A stretch of DNA of 23,439 bases, taken from NCBI GenBank assembly GCA_964619725.1, contig CAZUFC010000125.1:1-23439 (forward strand). Direction: 5' to 3'. The notes beneath the pieces were generated by a model that made no database searches, was not told where the DNA came from, and saw only the letters and a program-made list of their open reading frames with translations. This stretch comes from an uncultured bacterium (GTDB taxonomy: Bacteria; CSSED10-310; CAZUFC01). A program made the position numbers and the translations under genes. Every line of letters starts with the position of its first letter. Within the stretch, counting starts at the first letter, position 1. Shown piece by piece: positions 8,383 to 17,679 of this stretch.

Positions 8383-8433
8383 AAGGACAAAAGGACAAAA
8401 AGGACGTAAGGGACCTAAAGGACAGAAGGGACG
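8383..8433 (+). repeat. Degenerate 8-9 bp tandem repeat (ARGGACnnn x6)
   Basis: aaggacaa aaggacaaa aaggacgta agggaccta aaggacaga agggacg. Confidence 0.7.
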
Positions 8434-8934
8434 TTTGGAATCTAAAATCATTCGTATAAGCAAAAACCGGCATCTGAAAATTACCCGTGTCAAAAAAGAA
8501 ATAAAATTTTGGGACTGATCAAACCGGGGCTGCGCTTTTTCATAAAACCTTTAACTGATTGAAATCCCCACTAAAAAAGGTTCATTGCCCATGACTTTTG
8601 TTTGACGAATTCACCGCTGTTCATTTTACCGTAGGCCGTTTATTTCGATATTGACGGCCTATTATTCGCGGTCCCAACGTCACTTTCTTAGGTCCAATAT
8701 GAATGATGGGCTATTCAGTAGAATTGTAACCTCAAAAGACGCATTTTTGATCAATTCCGAAGAATCCGCGTTAGACCTCGTAGTCGGCAGATGTTATACT
8801 AGAGAAAGAACGAACGACAATATTCATGATAAGGGAAACGGATCAGGGAAGAGTTCGAGGTAAGCAAGTGAAAAGAAGGCGGCATGAGTTGTTTTCGTAT
8901 TGCATGATGTAACGCCTCACGGGAGGAGAAAATA

Positions 8935-10869
8935 ATGGCGACGAAGTACCGGGGAATGAACGGGCGATATATTGAAGTGGATTTGAGTTCCGGCGGGAGC
9001 CGGACGATTGAGTTGACGGACAGCGACGTGGAGTTGTATCTGGGGTGTAAGGTATTAGCGAGCAAGTTTCTTCATGAGATGATTCCTCCAGGAACGAATG
9101 CTTATGATCCGGGGAACGTTGTTATCGTGAACACAGGACCGCTGACGGGGAGCGGCGCGCCTACGAGCGCCCGGTTCAATATATCGAGTAAAAGTCCTTT
9201 AACCGGGGGAGCCGGGGCTTCCAACTGCGGAGGATCGTTCGGCATATATTTGAAGAAGACGGGACATGACGGACTGATAATCAAGGGAAAGGCAGAACGT
9301 CCCGTATGGCTGGAGATTAGTGAAAAGGGCGCTGAGATCAATGATGCCTCAGAAATGTGGGGATTGAATACGGAGGAAACGGAGGAAGCGCTGGGCGGTG
9401 GCCGCAAGACTGGTAAACTGGTCATAGGTCCGGCTGGGGAGAATCTGGTGCGATATGCTGCCGTGATGTCTGGCGAGAGGGCTGCGGGAAGGACGGGCCT
9501 GGGAGCGGTATTCGGCTCAAAAAACTTGAAAGCGGTGACGGCTAAAGGAACGAAGCGTCTGCGCCCGGCTGATCCTGAAGCGTTTCGAAAGGCGGTTTCA
9601 AGCTGGACGCGTCTGCTGCGCAAACACAATATTACCGGCTCGCTGCTTCCAAAATACGGCACTTCAAACATCATGCGAACTGTCAGCGACGGCAATGCCC
9701 TGCCCGTTAAAAATTTCCAGCAAGGCGCTTTTGAAGGAGCGGAAAACATCAGCGGACAGACGCTGGCGGAAAAATACCTTGTAAAAAATTACGGTTGCAT
9801 GTCATGTCCGATACATTGCGGCCGTTATATCGAATACAAAGGAGAAAGATTTAAAGGCCCGGAATTCGAGACGCTCGGCATGCTTGGAGCTAACCTGGGT
9901 AATTCCAACCTGGAATCCATCATTGAATGGAACCGTTTGCTGGATCGGCTGGGTATGGACACGATCTCGACCGGCGCTGCCCTGGGATTCGTAATGGAAC
10001 TCACCGAACAGGGATTGCTGGAATCGACCCTGGAATTCGGCAAAATCGATAATGTCGCTCAGGCTATTGAAAACATCGCATATAGAAAAGGATTGGGTCA
10101 TGATATGGCGGAAGGCGTTAAAAAAATGGCAAAAAAATACGGGGGCGAAGAATTCGCCATGCACGCAAAAGGACTGGAATTCGCCGCTTATGAGCCGCGA
10201 GGCGCTGTCGGACACGGGTTGGGGTATGCGACGGCCAATAGGGGCGGATGTCATCTTGACGGAGGATATCTGGTTTTTTACGAAGTGACGAACGACATGA
10301 CGATGGACCCGTTATCCCCGAAATCAAAACCCGCATTCTGCGTCTTCAATCAGAATGCTTTCGAAGCCGTCAGCGCGGCCGGCACATGTATCTTTACTAC
10401 TTATGCCGTCATGCCGAACCTCATATCATCTTTGAGTAAAATACCGGGAATTCCTCTTATTTTCAAAGAAGTTACGAAATATGCCGGGCTTCTGTTAGAC
10501 CGCCAGGGCGCGTTTCCGGAATGGGCTCTTCCCCTTCACCTGCCTGGTTTAAATCATACCGAAGCGCTCAGCGCCTATACAGGAATGAAAATGAATCTGG
10601 GTCGCTTTTTGAAGATAGGCGAAAGAGGTTTCAATCTGGAGAGAATGTTCAACATAAAACACGGCCTTTTACCCAGGGAAGACCGATTGCCGGAAAGAAC
10701 GACTCACGTCCTTCAAAGACTTAATGAACCGAGATCAAAAGTGCCTCTGGCAAAAATGCTCAAGAGTTACTACAAAATACGGGGATGGGATGAACGGGGA
10801 ATGCCGGCGAAAAGAAAGCTGCAATCGTTGAATATCGATTGGACCATGGAGGAAGTAGACTTTGGCTAG
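8935..10869 (+). CDS. aor: Aldehyde:ferredoxin oxidoreductase family protein (tungstopterin/4Fe-4S)
   Basis: TGPLTG, KSPLTG, SNCGGSFG, IGPAGENLVRYA, AAGRTGLGAVFGSKNLKA, GCMSCPIHCGR, GPEFET, DRLGMDTIS, RGGCH and YYKIRGWD. GGAGG RBS. Confidence 0.95.
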   Translation: MATKYRGMNGRYIEVDLSSGGSRTIELTDSDVELYLGCKVLASKFLHEMIPPGTNAYDPGNVVIVNTGPLTGSGAPTSARFNISSKSPLTGGAGASNCGGSFGIYLKKTGHDGLIIKGKAERPVWLEISEKGAEINDASEMWGLNTEETEEALGGGRKTGKLVIGPAGENLVRYAAVMSGERAAGRTGLGAVFGSKNLKAVTAKGTKRLRPADPEAFRKAVSSWTRLLRKHNITGSLLPKYGTSNIMRTVSDGNALPVKNFQQGAFEGAENISGQTLAEKYLVKNYGCMSCPIHCGRYIEYKGERFKGPEFETLGMLGANLGNSNLESIIEWNRLLDRLGMDTISTGAALGFVMELTEQGLLESTLEFGKIDNVAQAIENIAYRKGLGHDMAEGVKKMAKKYGGEEFAMHAKGLEFAAYEPRGAVGHGLGYATANRGGCHLDGGYLVFYEVTNDMTMDPLSPKSKPAFCVFNQNAFEAVSAAGTCIFTTYAVMPNLISSLSKIPGIPLIFKEVTKYAGLLLDRQGAFPEWALPLHLPGLNHTEALSAYTGMKMNLGRFLKIGERGFNLERMFNIKHGLLPREDRLPERTTHVLQRLNEPRSKVPLAKMLKSYYKIRGWDERGMPAKRKLQSLNIDWTMEEVDFG

Positions 10870-11869
10870 AGACGACTGGCGGAATATTCAGTCTTTACGG
10901 AATAAATGGAACAGCAGCAGGTTCTGTCCGGACGGTAAAGGGCATTATGAAAGCTGGTTTGTCAGGGCCAATCATCCTCATTATCCTCGCGCTTTCTGGA
11001 TAAGGTACACTATTTTTAAGCCGGAAGGATATGACAAGCCGGCGGAGGGAGAAATCTGGGCTATATATTTCGACAGGAGGTCGGGAGATATCGTCACTGT
11101 CAGAAATGTCTTTCCCATGGAGCAGTGCCGTTTTTCACGCCATGGTCTTGATATCGAAATCGGCGATAATTTATTGTCGGGAAAGGGGCTGACAGGCAGA
11201 GTCCGGCAAAACGGCAGGTCCATCGAGTGGGAGTTGAAATTTGCAGGAGATAAGGCTCCGTTGTTTCTGCTGCCGACGGCGCTATACGAATGTTCTTTTC
11301 CAAAGGCTAAAGCCCTGGTCGTTTTACCCAATGCGGTTTTTGCCGGTTCCATACGCATCAATAATACCGATGTTCCTGTCGACGGATGGAGAGGAAGCCA
11401 GAACCATAATTGGGGAGGCAGCCATACAGATCGTTACGCCTGGGGACAGACAGCGGGATTTGATAATGCGCCTGATGCCTTCCTGGAATGTTCCACGGCA
11501 AAAATTAAAACAGGCCCCTTATGGTCGCCCTGGATAACCCTTATAGTTATTCGAACAGGCCGCCGGGAAATTGCCGTTAATTCAATCCTACGGGGAATTA
11601 CAACGAAGGCTCAAATTGAAGATTTCCACTGGCGTTTCGATACGAGAACGCCCAATATGCGCATCTGCGGACAAATTTATGCCTCCAGGTCGCTGTTTGC
11701 TAAACTGATTTATCGCAATCCCCCGGGCGGAAATAAAATTTGCCTGAACACGAAAATAGCCCGATGTGAAGTCCGCATAGAAGAAAGAAACAAACAACCT
11801 GTTGAACTGCTTTCACGGCATGGGACGGCCTTCGAGCTGTTGGACGACGAAAATTCCTTTTTTTTATGA
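10862..11869 (+). CDS. Hypothetical protein with a tocopherol cyclase/AttH-like beta-barrel fold
   Basis: GHYESWFVRANHP...FWIRYT and GSQNHNWG...YAWGQ resemble the YFEGWY / EKNWG motifs of tocopherol-cyclase-like proteins. The TTG start overlaps the aor stop by 8 nt and has a GGAGG RBS. Confidence 0.55.
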   Translation: MARDDWRNIQSLRNKWNSSRFCPDGKGHYESWFVRANHPHYPRAFWIRYTIFKPEGYDKPAEGEIWAIYFDRRSGDIVTVRNVFPMEQCRFSRHGLDIEIGDNLLSGKGLTGRVRQNGRSIEWELKFAGDKAPLFLLPTALYECSFPKAKALVVLPNAVFAGSIRINNTDVPVDGWRGSQNHNWGGSHTDRYAWGQTAGFDNAPDAFLECSTAKIKTGPLWSPWITLIVIRTGRREIAVNSILRGITTKAQIEDFHWRFDTRTPNMRICGQIYASRSLFAKLIYRNPPGGNKICLNTKIARCEVRIEERNKQPVELLSRHGTAFELLDDENSFFL

Positions 11870-12246
11870 ATCTTCTCTAATCGAATGATCAGTCTGCCCA
11901 TTGTTGTAGTAGCCTGATTCTTAGAAAGCCATCCTTTGCTTTCTTTTATTTTATCATTATAATGGGTCAAAAGGCTTGAAGGGGCAATGTTTCTAAGCTC
12001 TAGACAAGCTCTTTTTTCGGATATGCAGGATTCGATACTGAACGGAAAAGTTTTTCGTTTCAGATGAATCGGAAAGTCTGCATTCCATTATTGAAGCAAG
12101 AATTTTCCACAATTACACAAGGAGGAGAAATTATTGGAGAGGAAATATTTGATTTTATGGGTCGGTTTTGATGAATGAGGCAATAATTGTTGGACTGATA
12201 TGAAAACATGGGAGAAAGATAATTGAATTATTAAGGAGGAAAATTA

Positions 12247-13959
12247 ATGAGGAAATCAGGATTAATATTGGGGATTATTTTGGCGTTATTTATCACGGCG
12301 CTGCCGGTATCGGGCGAGACGCTCACCGGGAGAGCGCCGGTCCAATTACCGGAACAGGACGGCGGATTCTCTAAAGACCCGGGCGGATTTACCGTTGAGG
12401 GAGATGATGCGGAACTGACGATTGATGCTTCAGCATCAAGCTCGCCTAAATTGACGTTCGCTGAAGCCGGAAGTTTGATATGGGAAATTATAGTCAATTA
12501 TTCGAACGAAAGATTATATTTTTATAATGCAGAGGGCGTAGTTAATTTAAGTATAGATCAGGAAGGCGGAATGGAACATAATTACCAGGGAACCGGCAAT
12601 GCCTTTCATTCTTCAGGCTCGACGCCGTACGCCATGTTCTGGATCGGCAACGACCACGAAGGAAACAGTTGGGGATTATCCGCGGGGATGGACAGCACAT
12701 CGGCGGGTTCTTCCTCCTACGGATTGTTTGGTTTCAATGACGGCGACGGATACGGCGTTTACGGCAGAAGCGCCAATGCAATAGGAACTTACGGCTTGAA
12801 TCAGACGTCGGGCAATTTTGGACAGTTAGGCGCTCCAGATTACGGGGCTTATGCTGAAAACTCAGCAGGACATTTTGGATATTTAGGGGGAAATTCCTAT
12901 GGCGTTTACGGCATCTATGAAAACGGCGCCGCCGATAACTACGGTTATTTGGGAGGTTTGACCAATGCCGTTTACGGGTATAACGGCGCATCAGGGAACT
13001 ACGGATATTTAGGCAGTCTTTCCTACGGCGTTTATGGAAATCTTGTTTCTGCAGAAGAAGGCGACTACGCCGTTTACGGCTACGGAACAGACAGTTCTGC
13101 TGAAGTCGGCTCCAGCTATGATCGACACGACACGTTAGGCGGCGTAAAAGGATATAATCTTTGGGGCAATGCTTATACTTTCGGTGTTGCCGGTTATTCC
13201 TATCTGGACTACAACCGGAGCGGCGGATGCTTCGGCGGCAAATACAACGGATTAATATGGGGATCAATGGGTTATCAGAATTCCGGCGGAAATGAATATG
13301 GCGGTTATTTCACCAACTGGACTACCGGCAGCGGAAAATCGTTCATGTCAGGCGTCGGCATCGGCGCTGTATCTGACTTCTTCGGCGGATACGTCCGGGG
13401 CGAAATGTACGGCCTGTACGCTCAAGGAAACCGATACGCCCAATACAACAACGGCGACGTCTATACCAGCGGCTGCAGCGCCGTCATGCTCGACGCCGGC
13501 GAAGAAAAACGCATCGCTGCCTATCATCCCGCTTCCGCTTCTGTCGACGTTTACGACTACGGCATGGGGACCGTTCTAGAGGGAAAAGCCGATATCAAAT
13601 TTAACGCAACTTTCAGCAAACTCGTCTCAACAAAAGATTCCGTTATTGTCACCGTTACGCCCGTCGGCCAGGGCGCTCAGCTATACATCGAAGAATGGAA
13701 TTCCGAAGGTTTCACCGTCGCAGATGCGGCAGATTTCACTTCAAACGTGCAGTTCACCTGGATAGCCGTCGGTAAAAGAAAAGGCTTTGAAAATCATCAG
13801 CCTCCGGAAGAACTGCTCAGCGCTCAATTCGATGAAAATATGAACAGGGTCACTCATTCCGATGCCGAACGCTCTCAGGATGCCGTGGGCATTTTCTATC
13901 AGGATGGAGAAATTCAATACGGTCAACCGCCGCTTGATATTCCTTCTGAAAGAGAATAA
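12247..13959 (+). CDS. Secreted Gly/Tyr-rich beta-repeat (fibre/adhesin-like) protein
   Basis: AAGGAGG RBS and signal peptide. Many GVYG/GYLG repeats. The C-terminal region (YDYGMGTV..GKADIKF...VIVTVTP...LYI...GFTV...FTWIAVGKRKGFE) resembles C-terminal domains of trimeric fibre proteins. Confidence 0.65.
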   Translation: MRKSGLILGIILALFITALPVSGETLTGRAPVQLPEQDGGFSKDPGGFTVEGDDAELTIDASASSSPKLTFAEAGSLIWEIIVNYSNERLYFYNAEGVVNLSIDQEGGMEHNYQGTGNAFHSSGSTPYAMFWIGNDHEGNSWGLSAGMDSTSAGSSSYGLFGFNDGDGYGVYGRSANAIGTYGLNQTSGNFGQLGAPDYGAYAENSAGHFGYLGGNSYGVYGIYENGAADNYGYLGGLTNAVYGYNGASGNYGYLGSLSYGVYGNLVSAEEGDYAVYGYGTDSSAEVGSSYDRHDTLGGVKGYNLWGNAYTFGVAGYSYLDYNRSGGCFGGKYNGLIWGSMGYQNSGGNEYGGYFTNWTTGSGKSFMSGVGIGAVSDFFGGYVRGEMYGLYAQGNRYAQYNNGDVYTSGCSAVMLDAGEEKRIAAYHPASASVDVYDYGMGTVLEGKADIKFNATFSKLVSTKDSVIVTVTPVGQGAQLYIEEWNSEGFTVADAADFTSNVQFTWIAVGKRKGFENHQPPEELLSAQFDENMNRVTHSDAERSQDAVGIFYQDGEIQYGQPPLDIPSERE

Positions 13960-14076
13960 CGGAGCTCGGTCTTTCGGTTCGCTATAGCGGCTTTTGTCCG
14001 CTCTAACGTAATAATGGATTTGAAAGAACCGAGAGAAGCCGTTATTAGACTCGTTCAATTATCGAAAGGAGGATAT

Positions 14077-14949
14077 ATGAAAATGGTGCGGTTAAAAAAT
14101 AAAATAATAGGGCAAAAGACAGCCCTTTTTCTGATGACCGCTATTCTCAGCGCCGTCTTTGCATTTTCCAGAGCCGGAGCTGCAGTCGTAACCACAATCC
14201 CGGACGGCTATACGGTAACTGTAGAACCCGGAATGACCGTCAAATTGCCTGGCGAATCGGAATTGCTTGTCCAGAACGGAGGGACGCTGGTATTGGTCGG
14301 AACGTCAGGCGCTCCGGTAACTCTGACTAATCTGACGGCCGGCCGCTATGCGTTAAACGTAAACGGCGTCATAAGGGCCCGACATGCGGCATTCAATTAC
14401 ACCGGAACGAACGGGGTTTACGTTGGTCCAAGCGGAACGATCGGCCTGATCAACAATTTTTCCGATTGTTCATTCCAGAACGGAGCGCCGGGAGGAGTCT
14501 ATTTAAAAGTGGAAAACGCTCAGGATTTCCGAGTGGGCGAACTGGGAACCATATCCGGGACTTCCTGGGCATCCGGCGCTTCCTATAATGTCTCTAAAAC
14601 TGCAGATCATGGCTATCTGCAATTCCTGGATTATTCAGGTACTTTATCCGGAGAATCCCATGATCTTGATTCGCATAATCGAATACTCTGGGGCTTCACT
14701 TCCCCAACTCCAACAGCTACGCTAACTCCTACCCGCACACCGACGGGTATGGCAACGGCAACAGCAACAGCCTCGCCCACGCTTTCACCTACATATCCGC
14801 CGATGACTCCTTCCGTTCCGCCATTCACTCCTACAAATACCCCGACTCACTCAGCTCCACCCATACCGGCATCAGGAACGTTGGGAATCGGTCTGTTAAT
14901 CATGATCCTCAGTCTCGGCATAGGTGCGCTGACGAAAAAAAGTAACTAA
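14077..14949 (+). CDS. Secreted beta-rich protein with a Pro/Thr linker and an IPTL-CTERM-like membrane anchor
   Basis: ATG 14077 follows AAAGGAGG, a better RBS than at 14014. Signal peptide ending AGA, TPTATLTPT linker, and C-terminus IPASGTLGIGLLIMILSLGIGALTKKSN (motif, TM helix, basic residues). Confidence 0.75.
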   Translation: MKMVRLKNKIIGQKTALFLMTAILSAVFAFSRAGAAVVTTIPDGYTVTVEPGMTVKLPGESELLVQNGGTLVLVGTSGAPVTLTNLTAGRYALNVNGVIRARHAAFNYTGTNGVYVGPSGTIGLINNFSDCSFQNGAPGGVYLKVENAQDFRVGELGTISGTSWASGASYNVSKTADHGYLQFLDYSGTLSGESHDLDSHNRILWGFTSPTPTATLTPTRTPTGMATATATASPTLSPTYPPMTPSVPPFTPTNTPTHSAPPIPASGTLGIGLLIMILSLGIGALTKKSN

Positions 14950-14967
14950 AATTGAATTTGGAGACGT

Positions 14968-15264
14968 ATGAATAAAGCCGGTCAATTGAGCATTACGCAA
15001 CTGATCGGAGAAGCTGCGAGAACCCGTAAAGATGCAGACGGGCTTCTTTGCCCGAGTTGGTTTGTTAAAATTTTAGAATTTAACGCCATTCCTGAATGGG
15101 ATGAAAGCCTGTTAATACTGAGAAATGCTGCTGTATGTATATCCGACGGCCTGGATGATTTCCAGCGAACTTTTTCCTATTCCCTGATTCAATCGAGATT
15201 TGAGTTTGCAGACAGCCGTTTGACAGAATGCGGACGATTTGTTACTAATATTATCGGCGATTGA
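14968..15264 (+). CDS. Possible small hypothetical protein (doubtful)
   Basis: 98-aa ORF with GGAG close to the ATG. No recognisable motif, and it overlaps the likely promoter (TTGACA at 15220) of the riboswitch operon. Confidence 0.2.
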   Translation: MNKAGQLSITQLIGEAARTRKDADGLLCPSWFVKILEFNAIPEWDESLLILRNAAVCISDGLDDFQRTFSYSLIQSRFEFADSRLTECGRFVTNIIGD

Positions 15265-15270
15265 CCCTGG

Positions 15271-15430
15271 AAGCGAACGATGACGCTTTTTCAGCGAAGG
15301 GGAAGCCGGTGCGAATCCGGCGCTGACCCGCAACTGTAATCGGGGACGAAACCCGCAAAAAACCACTGGAATTTCCGGGAAGGTGCGGGGAGTAGGGTGA
15401 ACCGTAAGTCAGGAGACCCGCTCGTTTGCA
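15271..15430 (+). promoter_or_regulatory. Cobalamin (AdoCbl) riboswitch
   Basis: Conserved elements AGGGGAAGCCGGTGCGAATCCGGCGCTGACCCGCAACTGTAA, CCACTGG...CCGGGAAGG and the B12 box AGTCAGGAGACCCG. Closing P1 is GCGAACGA / TCGTTTGC. Lies upstream of a TonB-dependent receptor. Confidence 0.95.
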
Positions 15431-15612
15431 TGCTTTGAAGCCTTCGAGGGGCTGGGGCGACGAAGCCGGCCTGCCTGTAGATTGAGTCGTTTGTTGCGAT
15501 TCTGGAACAATAAGCCCCAAAAATTGAATAGGACGGATATTAAAGCGGAAGATTTCATTTGTCTTCGATAATTTGGAAGTTTCCGACGGAATTCAAAGTT
15601 GGGGAATATTGA

Positions 15613-17679
15613 ATGAGAGGAAAATCGATTGGCGATTGCGACGCCTTTGACGTCAGAGGGAAAAAACGAGAAAACAAGAGTGTAAGGCTAACGTCGAAGG
15701 CTGCAATTTCGATTTTACTGGCGTTTTGCCTGTCTTCATTAGTTCAGGTTTCAGGCGAATCAGAAGCCGGCGACGATAAAGACGCCGAGTCGCCTTCATC
15801 GGTTTATCGTTACACCGAGACCATCGTGGTGGAAAGCGAAGCCCCGGTTTTTCATGAGATAGGAGTAACCGAGCTTCCGGCGTTCGTTGCGCGGATAGAC
15901 TTGCGGGATGAATCAACGCCTCGTTTCATCACCCTGCCTGAATTGCTGCAGAAGACCGTGGGAATTAACATAAAGGATTTCGGGGGATCAGGACAGCTTT
16001 CGACTGTTTCCATAAGAGGTTCTGATGCAGACCAGGCAGTCGTTCTGTTGGACGGCATACGGTTGAATTCCTCCAAAGGCGGCGGAGTGAATCTGTCCTC
16101 AATACCGCTGCATATGCTGGAAAGAGTGGAAATATTACGGGGCGGCGACTCTGCCGTTTTCGGGAACGGCGCTATGGGCGGAGTCGTGAATCTGGTGACT
16201 CGTCGATCAGGCGGTAAATTCCGTTTCGATATTGAAAGTTCATACGGTTCTTTCGATACCTGGGGGCTTGGTTTGCATACTGCCGGAAAGCTGAAGGATA
16301 TTCGTTATTCCCTGCTTTATCACTATGATTCTTCACAAGGCGATTTCACCTTCACCAACGATAACGGCACAGAATATAACGATCAGGACGATTTTGAAGA
16401 TATTCGCCGTAATAACGGATTTCATTCACGCGGACTTCTTTTAAAGTTATCCCGGGATATCTCTCCCGGAAGAACAGTGGAGGGGCTCTTCGAAGGATAT
16501 ATAGCCGACCGAAACATCCCGGGTATGACGACTTTTCCTTCTGATCATGCCGTTCAGGAGGAATCAAGAGTAAGCGGCCGGTTGCGTTCGATGCTTCAAA
16601 ATTTTCCGGCGGAAGGTTTCTCCGGCGATTTTCAGGCCTATTACCGTTCAGACAGGTTTAGATTTGACGATCCCTACGGTGAACAAACCGGCGTTCCCGT
16701 CAAAACGCGACAGAAAACGCATCTTGCAGGCTTCCAATACGGAATTAAGCGGATATTTCGTTCAGTCAACCTGGGAGGACATTTTATCTACGAAAACGAG
16801 AGACTGGACGATAAGACTTACCAGGCTGATGACCGACGAATCGCCGCTTTTCGTTTGAAATCCGATTTCCCGCTTTTTTCAGACAAATTGTTCGTGACGA
16901 CCCTGTTGCGATATGACGATATTTCTTCTGTCGGAAGCGCCTGGAGCCCCAAACTGGGAATACGTTTTAAAACAGGCAAGAATCAATGGATTAAAGCGAA
17001 CATCGGACAATCCTTCAGAGCCCCCGGATTCAATGAACTGTACATGAATGCAGGATTCATGACAGGCAATCCCGATCTTAAACCTGAACGAGGACTAAGC
17101 GCAGACTTCGGCATTGAATACAATTCCGAAAAGATACGGTTGACATCGGCCTGGTTTTATAACCGAACTACTGATTTGATTCGTTATGTAATAGTTTCCG
17201 GATTCCGATACAAACCCTTGAATATAGGAAAAGCACGCTCGGAGGGAATTGAACTCGAATGTTCAGTGAAACCCTGGAATATCGTTTCTTTCAGCACAGG
17301 ATATACTCTGCTGAAATCCATGAGCCTGATGGATGATCCCAATACATACGGAAAACAGGTCCCCGGAAAACCCAGGCATAATTTTTTCACACGTATCGAC
17401 AATGATAGGGGACCATTTCGCTCTTTTATCGAATACCGTTACTTGAGCGGAAATTTCATTACATTGGACAATACGAAAGAACTGGACGAACGGAATATCG
17501 TAAATATCGGTGCGGGTATGCGAATGCCCTGGTTTGGCGAAAGCTCTCCATTACGGGGACTGGAGCTTGGATTCGAAGTAAAAAACATGGGTGATGACGA
17601 AGTGGCGGACGTCAGGGGATTCCCTCTTCCCGGTCGGGCTTATTATATTACCGTGAAATATCAATATTCAGCGGAGTGA
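15613..17679 (+). CDS. btuB: TonB-dependent vitamin B12 receptor
   Basis: TonB box ETIVVES. Plug motifs SIRGS...VVLLDGIRLN, ERVEILRGGDSAVFGNGAMGGVVNLVT. Barrel motifs SFRAPGFNELY, GNPDLKPE, NIGKARSEGIE and GFPLPGRAYY. Controlled by the cobalamin riboswitch. Confidence 0.9.
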   Translation: MRGKSIGDCDAFDVRGKKRENKSVRLTSKAAISILLAFCLSSLVQVSGESEAGDDKDAESPSSVYRYTETIVVESEAPVFHEIGVTELPAFVARIDLRDESTPRFITLPELLQKTVGINIKDFGGSGQLSTVSIRGSDADQAVVLLDGIRLNSSKGGGVNLSSIPLHMLERVEILRGGDSAVFGNGAMGGVVNLVTRRSGGKFRFDIESSYGSFDTWGLGLHTAGKLKDIRYSLLYHYDSSQGDFTFTNDNGTEYNDQDDFEDIRRNNGFHSRGLLLKLSRDISPGRTVEGLFEGYIADRNIPGMTTFPSDHAVQEESRVSGRLRSMLQNFPAEGFSGDFQAYYRSDRFRFDDPYGEQTGVPVKTRQKTHLAGFQYGIKRIFRSVNLGGHFIYENERLDDKTYQADDRRIAAFRLKSDFPLFSDKLFVTTLLRYDDISSVGSAWSPKLGIRFKTGKNQWIKANIGQSFRAPGFNELYMNAGFMTGNPDLKPERGLSADFGIEYNSEKIRLTSAWFYNRTTDLIRYVIVSGFRYKPLNIGKARSEGIELECSVKPWNIVSFSTGYTLLKSMSLMDDPNTYGKQVPGKPRHNFFTRIDNDRGPFRSFIEYRYLSGNFITLDNTKELDERNIVNIGAGMRMPWFGESSPLRGLELGFEVKNMGDDEVADVRGFPLPGRAYYITVKYQYSAE

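Noticed and set aside
8383-8433. Possible CRISPR array (also considered for 21569-21632)
   Set aside because: The units are 8-13 bp with no unique spacers, and no cas genes are present.
8640-8934. Moco/Wco riboswitch upstream of aor, and the 70-aa ORF at 8651-8863
   Set aside because: I could not find the conserved Moco RNA elements. The ORF has no RBS or motif support.
9102-9749. 215-aa minus-strand ORF
   Set aside because: Antisense shadow of aor.
14014-14076. Longer N-terminus for the anchored protein
   Set aside because: It lies within the intergenic hairpin. A strong AAAGGAGG precedes ATG 14077.
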